A stretch of 64,000 nt of DNA from Muribaculaceae bacterium (GTDB taxonomy: Bacteria > Bacteroidota > Bacteroidia > Bacteroidales > Muribaculaceae), in contig JAGCRW010000039.1 of NCBI GenBank assembly GCA_017964485.1, forward strand, positions 1,365 through 65,364, read 5' to 3'. The translations under genes and the position numbers were made by a program. Under the pieces are notes generated by a model. It was not told where the DNA came from. It saw only the letters and a program-made list of their open reading frames with translations, and did not search any database. Of the stretch, positions 34,983-43,938 are shown one piece after another. Every line of letters begins with the position of its first letter. The first letter of the stretch is position 1.

Positions 34983-35696
34983 ATGAAACCTATTACCAAC
35001 ATACTACTTATTCTAGCGCTGGTGTTCTACGTGTTTCTTCCCATAATGGAGATATCTCACATGGGCAGCATCACTGGCATGGATTTCTCGGCGAGCCTGC
35101 TGACTTTAGAACAGGCTAGATTCACGACATTTGCACTTACCCCGTTCGTCACAATCTTCTTGGCAATTGCATTCAACTGCCTGCGCAGCCGCTGGTGGGG
35201 AATTCTTGATGCCATTCTAATCTTATTGGCGATATTCTTCTTTGTCAGTATGCTAACAAAATTTCAGGGCCTACCTTTAGCGCATAATCCTGAAGTAGTT
35301 GCCGACACTGAGATGAGCGAGGGAATGCCTATCGACGGACTGAGGTCGGGTTACTACTTGAGTGCTGGAGCAACAATTCTCGCCTTTATATCAGCACTAG
35401 TGTCGCTAATGCCGTTTGAGTTCAACAAACGCATTGAGGAGCGCATCGACAAGCGCTTTGAGTCGGGCAAGAGGCAGATAGGCAAAATGGGCCACACCAT
35501 CCATGACGAGTTCCACAAGATAGGCACCAAGAAACCAAAAGAAAACATGGAACAGCCTTCTCAAGCCACTCCCACATCTGAAACACCCACTCAAGAGCCT
35601 ACCTCAACAAGCACCCAAAACGCCGACAATGACTCCCGCTTCATGCCAAGTGAAATGGATGAAGACGAGAAATACAGGGACTATATGCCGAAATAA
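34983..35696 (+). CDS. Hypothetical membrane protein with low-complexity acidic/Thr-rich tail
   Basis: Four to five TM helices, then a PSQATPTSETPTQEPTSTSTQ tail. No recognisable family. Confidence 0.5.
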   Translation: MKPITNILLILALVFYVFLPIMEISHMGSITGMDFSASLLTLEQARFTTFALTPFVTIFLAIAFNCLRSRWWGILDAILILLAIFFFVSMLTKFQGLPLAHNPEVVADTEMSEGMPIDGLRSGYYLSAGATILAFISALVSLMPFEFNKRIEERIDKRFESGKRQIGKMGHTIHDEFHKIGTKKPKENMEQPSQATPTSETPTQEPTSTSTQNADNDSRFMPSEMDEDEKYRDYMPK

Positions 35697-35800
35697 GTCT
35701 TAAGTTTTAAGTTTTAAGTGTTAAGTAGGGACAAGGCAGCCTTGTCCGCAAGTGTTAAGTAGGCTGCGCCAACTGTTAACTGTCAACTATTAACTATTAC

Positions 35801-38047
35801 CTACTTAAGTTTTTTCATCAATTCCTTATCTCCCACAATCCAGATGATATCGCCTTGGGCGAACTCAAGGTCTGGGGTTACTGAGATGAAGTTTTCTGCG
35901 CCACGTTCCACGGCGACCAGCAGCGACTTGTAGTCTTCACGCAGACTTGTGTCTCCAAGTTTTTTGCCTATCAATAACGAGTTTTCGGTAAGTTCGAAAT
36001 GCGTAAACTCAACATCGGTCGATGATTCGGCTTCGGTGTTTTTTGCCTTGGGCTCAAGCAGCGGCAGTAGTGTCTGAATCTGGTCGTCGGTGCCTATTAC
36101 ACCTATTTGGTCGCCTGGAAAGATGCGCATATTGCCTGTGGGTATTGGATAGCGCACTGAGTTGCGGATAATTGCGACAACATTCACGCCATACTTGCGT
36201 CTCAAGTCGGCATTCTTAAGCCTTTCGCCCACAAATGGGCAGTTATACCCTACTGTCATGTAAGCCAAGTGCATGTCGCTCACCAAATTGTTCTCTTTGC
36301 CGGTGCGTCGGTTCTCACGCTCATTGACATTGCTCACAAAATGCTTCTCGATAAGGTCAAGATGTTTGTGCAGGAAAGGAGCCAAAATCACAATCAGTAT
36401 CAACAGATAGACTATCGCAACAATTGTCGACACCTTACTGGTATAGAATCCATAAAGCAAAGAGGCAACGTAGGTCATGGACAGCAACACGCCAACAACC
36501 GCCATCACCAGTCGCGGCAAGAACTCTATCATAGGCGAATTAGAATCTTTGAGCACTAATTTCTCTTTGCGAGAGAGCCTGGGTGTGACTATGGCAAAGA
36601 AGAACGGCGAGAGCAGGAACAATGCGCAAATCAGACTGAGCATCAACGCCAAGTTCTCACTCATCATATTGCTAAGCAGATTTCTGAGGAATGGAATGAG
36701 ATAAGTCCTTAACACAAATATCAAGGAGATAATCACAACAGAATAAAGTACCACCCTGAGCAGGTTGCGCTTAATGATACCCGGCCACACATTGCGTGAC
36801 TTCTGCTTAACTTCATCATTTACCGTCTTGCTGTAGCCCTCGAGCAGTGCGTTCCACTTTTTTGGTATATGCTTTTCAACAAAGTTGTAGCTTGGCGTCG
36901 CCGCTTTAATGAAGAATGGTGTGGTAAAGGTGGTTATTACCGAAACCGTCACAATAATGGGATAAATGCTGCTATCAAGCACTCCAAGAGTGGTGCCAAG
37001 CGTGGCTATAATGAACGAGAACTCGCCAATCTGCGTGAGGCTGAAGCCGCTCTCCATCGAAGTCTTGAACGACTGTCCAGTAGCGAGCATACCGGTGGTG
37101 CCAAAAAATATCATGCCCACAATCACAACAACCGAGAGCAAGGTGATGGTGCCGGCATACTGCACTATCACATGCGGATCAACCATCATGCCCACCGAGA
37201 TGAAGAACACAGCACCAAAGAGATCCTTAACGGGATTGATGATGCGCTCTATGCGCTCGGCTTCGCTGGTGCCAGCAAGAATTGAGCCCATCACAAATGC
37301 TCCAAGTGCTAGTGAGAAGCCACTTGCCACCGAGAAAATTGCCATAGCGAAGCACAGACCCATGGCGATGATGAGCATCATCTCATCGCTAAGCACCCGT
37401 CGGAACTTGCGGAAGATTGACGGAATGACAAACACTCCAATCACAAACCAAATGATTAGGAAGAATGAGAGTTTAAGGATGCTCATTAGCATTTCGCCGC
37501 CTTCAACGGTCTTATTGATAGCGATTGATGAGAGTATCACCATCATCACCACGGCGAATAGGTCCTCGACAATGAGCACGGCAAAGATGCCTGGAACAAA
37601 CTTGCGATGCTTCATATTTAGGTCGGTAAGGGCCTTGAGGATAATAGTCGTTGACGACATCGAGAGCATAGCGCCGAGGAAGATGCTGTTGACCGAGGTG
37701 AAGCCCATGCATTGTCCTATTAAAAACCCCGTTGCCATCATGCCGCACACAATAATCAGCGCCGTGAGAATAGCTGAGACGCCAGCATTGATAAGCTTCT
37801 TGAAACTGAATTCCAGTCCAAGCGAGAAAAGCAGAACCACAATGCCTAGCTGCGCCCAGAATTCAATATTGGCCTCATTGCCCACCGAGGGAGAATAGGC
37901 GAAATGGGGACTAGCGATAAAGCCCGCGACAATATATCCCAGCACGACGGGCTGCTTAAGGAGTTTGAAAATTATGGTCGCCGCAGCGCCAAGCGTGAGA
38001 ATCAACGCCAGGTCGGTAATCAGACTATTTACTTGGAGTTCTTCCAT
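35801..38047 (-). CDS. CPA2-type cation:proton antiporter with C-terminal RCK_C/TrkA_C-like domains
   Basis: N-terminus MEELQVNSLITDLALILTLGAAATIIFKLLKQPVVLGYIVAGF is typical of Kef/CPA2 exchangers. More than 12 TM helices, with soluble C-terminal repeats (LKNADLRRKYGVNVVAIIR...; LGDTSLREDYKSLLVAVERG). Start at 38047 rather than the tracked 38089. Confidence 0.85.
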   Translation of the reverse strand: MEELQVNSLITDLALILTLGAAATIIFKLLKQPVVLGYIVAGFIASPHFAYSPSVGNEANIEFWAQLGIVVLLFSLGLEFSFKKLINAGVSAILTALIIVCGMMATGFLIGQCMGFTSVNSIFLGAMLSMSSTTIILKALTDLNMKHRKFVPGIFAVLIVEDLFAVVMMVILSSIAINKTVEGGEMLMSILKLSFFLIIWFVIGVFVIPSIFRKFRRVLSDEMMLIIAMGLCFAMAIFSVASGFSLALGAFVMGSILAGTSEAERIERIINPVKDLFGAVFFISVGMMVDPHVIVQYAGTITLLSVVVIVGMIFFGTTGMLATGQSFKTSMESGFSLTQIGEFSFIIATLGTTLGVLDSSIYPIIVTVSVITTFTTPFFIKAATPSYNFVEKHIPKKWNALLEGYSKTVNDEVKQKSRNVWPGIIKRNLLRVVLYSVVIISLIFVLRTYLIPFLRNLLSNMMSENLALMLSLICALFLLSPFFFAIVTPRLSRKEKLVLKDSNSPMIEFLPRLVMAVVGVLLSMTYVASLLYGFYTSKVSTIVAIVYLLILIVILAPFLHKHLDLIEKHFVSNVNERENRRTGKENNLVSDMHLAYMTVGYNCPFVGERLKNADLRRKYGVNVVAIIRNSVRYPIPTGNMRIFPGDQIGVIGTDDQIQTLLPLLEPKAKNTEAESSTDVEFTHFELTENSLLIGKKLGDTSLREDYKSLLVAVERGAENFISVTPDLEFAQGDIIWIVGDKELMKKLK

Positions 38048-38221
38048 GATAATGCAAAGGTAAAACAAATATTTGACAAAAAAAAGCAACGTGAGTTTTT
38101 TGGTGTTTTAGTTGGTGTTTTTGTGTTGGAAATATGCTGAATATTCCTCATTTAGTCGACGTTTTTTGGTGAGTGTTGAAATAAAATCACGCTCGTTATT
38201 CATTATGTGGCGAATTATGAC

Positions 38222-38229
38222 TAACTTTG
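38222..38229 (+). promoter_or_regulatory. -7 promoter box TAACTTTG upstream of hutH
   Basis: Exact TAnnTTTG match 48 nt upstream of the ATG at 38277. Confidence 0.5.
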
Positions 38230-38276
38230 CAGTCACAAAGAAACAAAAACAACTATTAGCATAACCAAAACCCATC

Positions 38277-39752
38277 ATGACACATTACATTAGCGCTGAG
38301 CACCTCTCGATAGAGCGTGTTGGCGAAATAATTGAAAAGAACATCAAACTCGCGTTGAGCGATGACGCTCGTGAACGCATTATCCGTTGCCGCAAGTATC
38401 TCGACGAGCAAATCGCTGCCAGCGACGTGCCTGTCTATGGCGTGACCACTGGCTTTGGATCACTGTGCAACGTGAAAGTGAGCAAAGACCAATTATCACA
38501 ACTGCAAATCAACCTGATGATGTCGCACGCCTGTGGCGTGGGCGAGCGTGTGCCCAACGAGATAGTGCGCATCATGCTGCTGCTCAAAATCCAGTCGTTG
38601 AGTTACGGCTACTCGGGCAGCAAGCTCGACACTGTGGAGCGACTTATCGACTTCTTCAACGAGGGCGTGATTCCCGTGGTTTACCGTCAAGGCTCTCTTG
38701 GAGCTTCGGGCGACCTCGTGCCGCTGGCTCACATGAGTCTGCCGTTGGTTGGTCTCGGTGAGGTGGAATACGAGGGCAAAGTGATGCCAGCCGCCGAACT
38801 GCTCAAACTCAAAGGCTGGGAACCAATTGAACTCGCCAGCAAGGAAGGCTTGGCACTGCTGAACGGCACTCAGAACATGAGCTCGTTTGCAGTATGGTCA
38901 CTACTCCAGGCCGAGCGCCTGAGTGATTGGGCCGACAAGATTGCCGCCATGTCGCTCGACGCATACGACGGCCGCATCGAGCCATTCACCGAGGCGGTGC
39001 ATCTGGTTCGCCCACACAAGGGGCAACTCGAGACAGCCGCCCACATGAAAGAGCTGCTCACCGGCAGTGAACTAATCGCAGGCCATAAGGAGCATGTGCA
39101 AGACCCCTACTCTTTCCGCTGCGTTCCACAGGTGCACGGCACAGTTAAGGACACTATCCGCTATGTGAAATCGGTTATCGACACCGAAATCAACAGCGCT
39201 ACCGATAACCCAACCGTTTGCCCCGACGAGAACCTGATTATCAGCGCAGGCAACTTCCATGGCGAGCCCATCGCTATGCCTATGGACTTCCTCGCTATCG
39301 CGCTGAGCGAACTCGCCAACATCAGCGAGCGCCGCATCTATCGCCTCGTCTCTGGCACTCGCGGCTTGCCAAGCTTCCTCGTTGCCAACCCAGGCCTTAA
39401 CAGCGGTTTCATGATTACCCAATACACCGCTGCCAGCGTGGTTAGCCTTAATAAGTCGCTTGCCGCACCGTCGAGCCTCGATAGCATCCCTTCGTGCCAA
39501 GACCAGGAAGACCATGTGAGCATGGGCGCCAATGCCGCCATCAAGCTCTACAAGGTGGTGCTCAACACCGAGCGCGTGCTTGCCATAGAGCTGTTCAACG
39601 CCGCCCAGGCGCTTGAGTTCCGCTTCCCCAAGAAGTCTTCGCCAGTCATCATGAAGATGCACGAGGACTTCCGTCGTGAGGTGCCATTCATTGGCGACGA
39701 TGTGATTATGTATCCCCTCATTGAGAAAGCAATACAATTCCTTCGCAAATGA
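38277..39752 (+). CDS. hutH: Histidine ammonia-lyase
   Basis: 491 aa. MIO-forming Ala-Ser-Gly in GSLGASGDLVPLAH. Confidence 0.95.
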   Translation: MTHYISAEHLSIERVGEIIEKNIKLALSDDARERIIRCRKYLDEQIAASDVPVYGVTTGFGSLCNVKVSKDQLSQLQINLMMSHACGVGERVPNEIVRIMLLLKIQSLSYGYSGSKLDTVERLIDFFNEGVIPVVYRQGSLGASGDLVPLAHMSLPLVGLGEVEYEGKVMPAAELLKLKGWEPIELASKEGLALLNGTQNMSSFAVWSLLQAERLSDWADKIAAMSLDAYDGRIEPFTEAVHLVRPHKGQLETAAHMKELLTGSELIAGHKEHVQDPYSFRCVPQVHGTVKDTIRYVKSVIDTEINSATDNPTVCPDENLIISAGNFHGEPIAMPMDFLAIALSELANISERRIYRLVSGTRGLPSFLVANPGLNSGFMITQYTAASVVSLNKSLAAPSSLDSIPSCQDQEDHVSMGANAAIKLYKVVLNTERVLAIELFNAAQALEFRFPKKSSPVIMKMHEDFRREVPFIGDDVIMYPLIEKAIQFLRK

Positions 39753-40993
39753 AACTTCTAGTTAAGAATATCGCCACCCTCGCCGGTATCGACGGCGGGG
39801 GTGTGCTGAAAAGATGCGGCGAAGAGATGGCGCAGTTCGACGCTATCACCGATGCCTGGATGCTTGTGGAAGACGGCATCATCACCGAGTTCGACTCCGT
39901 AGCCAACCATCCCTTGCCCACTGATGTTGACGAGACTATTGATGCCGTTGGTGGCACTGTGATGCCCAGCTGGTGCGACTCTCACACTCACATCGTGTAT
40001 GCCGGCAGCCGTGAGAGGGAGTTTGTGGACAAAATCAACGGACTCTCCTACGCCGAAATCGCCAAACGTGGCGGCGGCATTCTCAACAGTGCCGACCGGT
40101 TGCACGAGATGAGCGAGCAGCAGCTCTACGACCAAGCAATGGAACGCGTGCGCGAGGTGATTGCCAAGGGCACCGGCGCCATCGAGATTAAGAGCGGCTA
40201 CGGCCTCAACACCCAAGACGAGATCAAGATGCTGCGCGTGATAGCCCGCATCCAGGAGAGCACCCGCCTGAGAGTTGTTTCCACCTTCCTCGGCGCTCAT
40301 GCCGTAGGCCGCGAGTATGCCGGTCGCCAGGGCGACTATGTTGACCTTGTTGTCAACGAGATGATACCCGCTGTTGCTGCCGAGGGATTGGCAAACTTTG
40401 TAGATGTATTCTGCGACGAGGGATTCTTCACTCCTGAGGAGACTTCGCGCATACTTGAGGCCGGCCTCAAGTATGGCATGCGTGGCAAGATTCACGGACA
40501 GGAACTGGCTCCCTCGGGAGGCGTGGAAGTGGCATTGAAGCACAATGCCCTCTCGGTTGACCACCTTGAGAGCATGACCGACGAAGACATCGCCATGATG
40601 CGTGGCCGCGACACCATGCCCACTGCCCTACCCGGCACCTCGTTCTTCCTGAACATGCCGTTTGCCCCTGCCCGCAAGATGATAACCGCAGGTCTGCCCG
40701 TGGCTATCGCCAGCGACTACAACCCAGGCTCTACGCCCAGCGGCGACATGAAGTTTGTGGTGTCGCTCGCTTGCATCAAGATGCGCCTTCAACCTGCCGA
40801 GGCCTTCAACGCGGCAACCATCAACGGCGCAGCGGCAATGGGCCTGAGCAACGACTATGGCTCGATAGCCCCCGGCAAAGTGGCGAACTTCTTCATCACC
40901 AAGCCCATCTCGAGCATCGACTTCATCCCCTACGCCTACACAACTCCAATCATCGCCCGCACCTTCTTAGCGGGAGAGGAACAGGTTTTTTAA
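39749..40993 (+). CDS. hutI: Imidazolonepropionase
   Basis: 414 aa. Amidohydrolase metal ligands (CDSHTHIVYAG; SVDHLE; IASDYNPGS). ATGA start/stop overlap with hutH. Confidence 0.95.
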   Translation: MKLLVKNIATLAGIDGGGVLKRCGEEMAQFDAITDAWMLVEDGIITEFDSVANHPLPTDVDETIDAVGGTVMPSWCDSHTHIVYAGSREREFVDKINGLSYAEIAKRGGGILNSADRLHEMSEQQLYDQAMERVREVIAKGTGAIEIKSGYGLNTQDEIKMLRVIARIQESTRLRVVSTFLGAHAVGREYAGRQGDYVDLVVNEMIPAVAAEGLANFVDVFCDEGFFTPEETSRILEAGLKYGMRGKIHGQELAPSGGVEVALKHNALSVDHLESMTDEDIAMMRGRDTMPTALPGTSFFLNMPFAPARKMITAGLPVAIASDYNPGSTPSGDMKFVVSLACIKMRLQPAEAFNAATINGAAAMGLSNDYGSIAPGKVANFFITKPISSIDFIPYAYTTPIIARTFLAGEEQVF

Positions 40994-41028
40994 TGCTTAA
41001 TGCATAATGCACAATGCACAATTCATAA

Positions 41029-41060
41029 TAAAAGCGCCTTCAAGGCGCTTTTATTTTTTA
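41029..41060. terminator. Bidirectional terminator between hutI and the first protease gene
   Basis: AGCGCC-ttcaa-GGCGCT stem flanked by an A run (left) and a T run (right). Confidence 0.75.
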
Positions 41061-41097
41061 TTTTGAATAGGCAGTTCAGCTGTGGACTATAAACTAC

Positions 41098-43647
41098 TTA
41101 CTCTCCCAGCAAGATGTTGTAGATGCAGGTGATGTCGGTAGTTGTCACCACGCCATCGCCGTCAACGTCGCAGGTGTTGAGGTAGGTCTCGTCACCATTG
41201 AGCAGATAGTTGTAGATGCAGGTGATGTCGGTAGTTGTCACCACACCGTCGCCGTCCACGTCGCCATAGACAAGACTGTTGAGCGGAGTCTTGAAACCTA
41301 TCTCATATAGTTTGGAGAAGTCGTTGAAGATTACAACCTTATATATGACGCTTGGATCAAGTTCGTCAGATGCCAGCACCTCTATAGTGTTAGTGGTGGT
41401 GTTCTGCTTGGTTTGAACAGCAGTTTCGTTAGGTATGACAGTGCCGTCATCGCTAAGGGTGCACTCATAGATATACATCTTCAACGGAAAGGTCGAGTTG
41501 CTGCGATTCACGGCCAGCTGCTTCACCTGTGAGCAGTTGGTCACGAAGAACGTTTGGCAATCCTCGCTCCAGTCAGCAAACTGTCCCTCGCCAGCGAAGT
41601 AGCTTGCGCTGCCCACGAACACGTCGGTTGCAGTCCATGTCGCGGAACCAGTTCTCACAGTGCCCGCATTGGTGAACCAGTTCTGTGTGGCGTCGGCTTT
41701 TATCACGCCATAGTTAGAAACGGTGAGCCAACCACATTCCTCGCTCTCACGCTCGGTGTATTTGTAGAGATTGCGGATGTCGCTGGTGTTCCACCCTGCC
41801 TCGTCGATAGTCTCATATTTGGAGATGTCGAGATATGGGTCGCTGGCAGTGTTGCCCTCGTTGGCCTTTCCTGTGAGCTCTACTGTCACGCTTTCGGCAC
41901 CATTGCTGCTAAATATCAGTGAGCCCGAGAAGCGGCCCTCGACCGATGGGTGGAAGGTGACAGCAACCTCAACTGGAGTGTCGAGATTGACGCTGCTCTG
42001 AGGAATAGTTGTTGGCGAAACGATGAACGCACCGTTATTGTCGTTAAGAGTGAGCGTCACGTCGCTAGTGAGATATACGCCAGTGAGGCTGACAGTCTTA
42101 GTGATGGGTCGCTTGAGAGATGTGGTGTAGTCGAGCGATGTGGGCTCAACAATAAGGGTGGGCACATGAGGCCGCGCCACTCCAGTGATGGGCACAACAA
42201 CCGTCTCCACATTCTCGTCGGCACACGAGAGGGTGAGAGTTGCGCTAGTCGAGCCAGCCTCTGTGGGAGTGTAAGTGACAACCACGTCAACTCCACTAGC
42301 AGCCTCTTCAGCAGTGATGGTGGTGTGACTCACGCTGTAGGCATTATCGCCACTGAACGCAATGTTGATGTTACTCTCAATGTTGTGAGCCTTTATTCTT
42401 ACCTCTTGGGTGTAGGTCTCGCCGGCAAAGCCTTGGAAGTCAACTGCCGAAGGGGTGGCTCTTATTATGCCAATCGAAGGCTGGACACCGATAATCATTA
42501 TCTGATTCAGGTTGAAGTTGGCGCCAGTATCATCGACAAAGGCATTCAAGGCACACCAGGCGTTGCCCTCGCCACTCCAACCGAAATTCACGTGATACTT
42601 ATTGGTTCCAGAGTCATAACCATCGACGTTGAAGGCGTGGCCACCGGCATTGCCAGCAGTGCCCAAGTAAACTATTGGACGACCTTCTATTATCTCCTCT
42701 TGAATGAGAGCCGCCCAACTAGCGTCATTGAAGTTTTCCTTTTGAACCATGCGAGTGGTCGCCTCATCATAGCCGAAGCCAATGAACATGTCGGCAATAA
42801 TCTGAGCGTCGGCGGTGTAGATGCCACTGCCTCCAGCATCGGGAGTGCCATATTTCATGTGCTCGGCCTGGCCCACATAGCGCATCAGGGTGGCAACAGC
42901 ATTGGCTTGAGCGGTAGTGTAACCAGTGGCGTGAGAGCTGGTGTAGTCGTCAATCATGTTGTCCCAGTCAAAGGTGACAGCGGGCAGAGCAGGATAGGTA
43001 TAGTTCACGCTAGTCCATGTGCCTATTTCAAGCACTCCATCGTAGGCAGGAACTGGTCCCACTTGCGTGAGGGGATACTTCCAGTAGTAAAGTACCATCG
43101 ATGCCGAGGTGGCAGGGCAACCTGTGTAGCACATATAGTTTGTGCCATTGTAGTTAAATTTGCATTGGTTCCAGTAAGGAGCCTCTTGATCCCAAAGGGC
43201 AGTAAGCAGTGGGCCAATGGTTGTGGCATTGATTTTTGGCGACTTGTAGGTCGTGGACCTTTCAACCTTTGCCTCGGGGTGAGCAAGCAGCCAGTCGAGC
43301 TGCACCTTGTAACCGTCGAGCCATGCCTGCATGTTGGTGGGTATGCGGTCAGGGTTTAGAGGCTTGTCACCATAGGCGAGGATTTCCTCGGCGCGGTCGT
43401 CGCCCGACACGATGACATAGGATGTCTCGGTGTTGAAGATGTAATACACAGGAGCCTTAACAGTCTCGCCAATCTCGGTCTTGACAAGTTTGGCATCGAC
43501 AGTTCCAGGAGTCATGTACTTGCCGGCATACACTTTTTGAGCAAGATATTGCTCGGCCTTGGTCTTGGCTGTTGATACATCAACAGGCGCTGCCGTCAGC
43601 TGCAACGCAACCGCCATGACAGTAAGTAGTGATAATAGCTTTTTCAT
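41098..43647 (-). CDS. P1: secreted C10 (streptopain-type) cysteine peptidase with Ig-like repeats, module A and a C-terminal dockerin-type module
   Basis: 849 aa. Signal peptide MKKLLSLLTVMAVALQLTAA. Spi/C10-propeptide-like N-region. Catalytic Cys in CYTGCPATSASM (codon 43117-43119), His in AGGHAFNVDGYD (codon 42637-42639), then NFGWSG. Two Ig-like repeats (aa ~393-595). Module A aa ~597-789 (nt 41281-41859). Dockerin-type tail nt 41101-41268. Confidence 0.85.
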   Translation of the reverse strand: MKKLLSLLTVMAVALQLTAAPVDVSTAKTKAEQYLAQKVYAGKYMTPGTVDAKLVKTEIGETVKAPVYYIFNTETSYVIVSGDDRAEEILAYGDKPLNPDRIPTNMQAWLDGYKVQLDWLLAHPEAKVERSTTYKSPKINATTIGPLLTALWDQEAPYWNQCKFNYNGTNYMCYTGCPATSASMVLYYWKYPLTQVGPVPAYDGVLEIGTWTSVNYTYPALPAVTFDWDNMIDDYTSSHATGYTTAQANAVATLMRYVGQAEHMKYGTPDAGGSGIYTADAQIIADMFIGFGYDEATTRMVQKENFNDASWAALIQEEIIEGRPIVYLGTAGNAGGHAFNVDGYDSGTNKYHVNFGWSGEGNAWCALNAFVDDTGANFNLNQIMIIGVQPSIGIIRATPSAVDFQGFAGETYTQEVRIKAHNIESNINIAFSGDNAYSVSHTTITAEEAASGVDVVVTYTPTEAGSTSATLTLSCADENVETVVVPITGVARPHVPTLIVEPTSLDYTTSLKRPITKTVSLTGVYLTSDVTLTLNDNNGAFIVSPTTIPQSSVNLDTPVEVAVTFHPSVEGRFSGSLIFSSNGAESVTVELTGKANEGNTASDPYLDISKYETIDEAGWNTSDIRNLYKYTERESEECGWLTVSNYGVIKADATQNWFTNAGTVRTGSATWTATDVFVGSASYFAGEGQFADWSEDCQTFFVTNCSQVKQLAVNRSNSTFPLKMYIYECTLSDDGTVIPNETAVQTKQNTTTNTIEVLASDELDPSVIYKVVIFNDFSKLYEIGFKTPLNSLVYGDVDGDGVVTTTDITCIYNYLLNGDETYLNTCDVDGDGVVTTTDITCIYNILLGE
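41101..41268 (-). other. Dockerin-type duplicated segment (P1)
   Basis: YGDVDGDGVVTTTDITCIYNYLLNGDETYLNTCDVDGDGVVTTTDITCIYNILLGE. Confidence 0.7.
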
Positions 43648-43866
43648 TGATGTTTTATTATATAGTATAGTTTGTTATTAAGTTAATTGTAATGTGTGAG
43701 TGTGTCAAAACTCAGATTTAAAATAAACAACTGAATTATCTGATGTTTCTGATTTCTCTATATCCTGACTGACAATGTTTTAAAAAATTGCAAATAATCA
43801 GATTAATCAGAAAAATGCGGTTAAGCGAGTCAAAGCATGAGCTTGCTCAATGTCTTGCGAGCGTGT

Positions 43867-43935
43867 GCGTCAGCGGCAAACTAGCGTCAGCGGCAAACTA
43901 TGAACTATGAACTGTGAACTATGAACTATGAACTG
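43867..43935. repeat. Tandem repeats directly downstream of the P2 stop: 17-mer x2 then heptamer x5
   Basis: gcgtcagcggcaaacta x2 (43867-43900), then tgaacta/tgaactg x5 (43901-43935). The run ends 3 nt before the stop codon at 43939-43941. Confidence 0.85.
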
Positions 43936-43938
43936 CCT

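Noticed and set aside
38055-38062. TACCTTTG box (minus strand) as the antiporter promoter
   Set aside because: It sits only 8 nt upstream of the preferred ATG (38047), which would imply a nearly leaderless mRNA. That is possible, but too uncertain to annotate as a feature.
41950-43359. Long plus-strand ORFs inside the protease genes (41950-43359, 45559-46323, 46363-47172, 51335-52396, 53479-54072, 61875-62666 and others)
   Set aside because: They are antisense shadows of the C10/S8 genes. They recur in each paralog only because the sense strands are homologous, and they lack starts with promoter context or any domain signature.
43739-43811. The TCTGAT inverted arrangement as the ends of an invertible (phase-variable) promoter
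   Set aside because: The enclosed segment is only 43 bp, I see no outward-facing consensus promoter in it, and no invertase gene is nearby. A transcription-factor site is the simpler reading.
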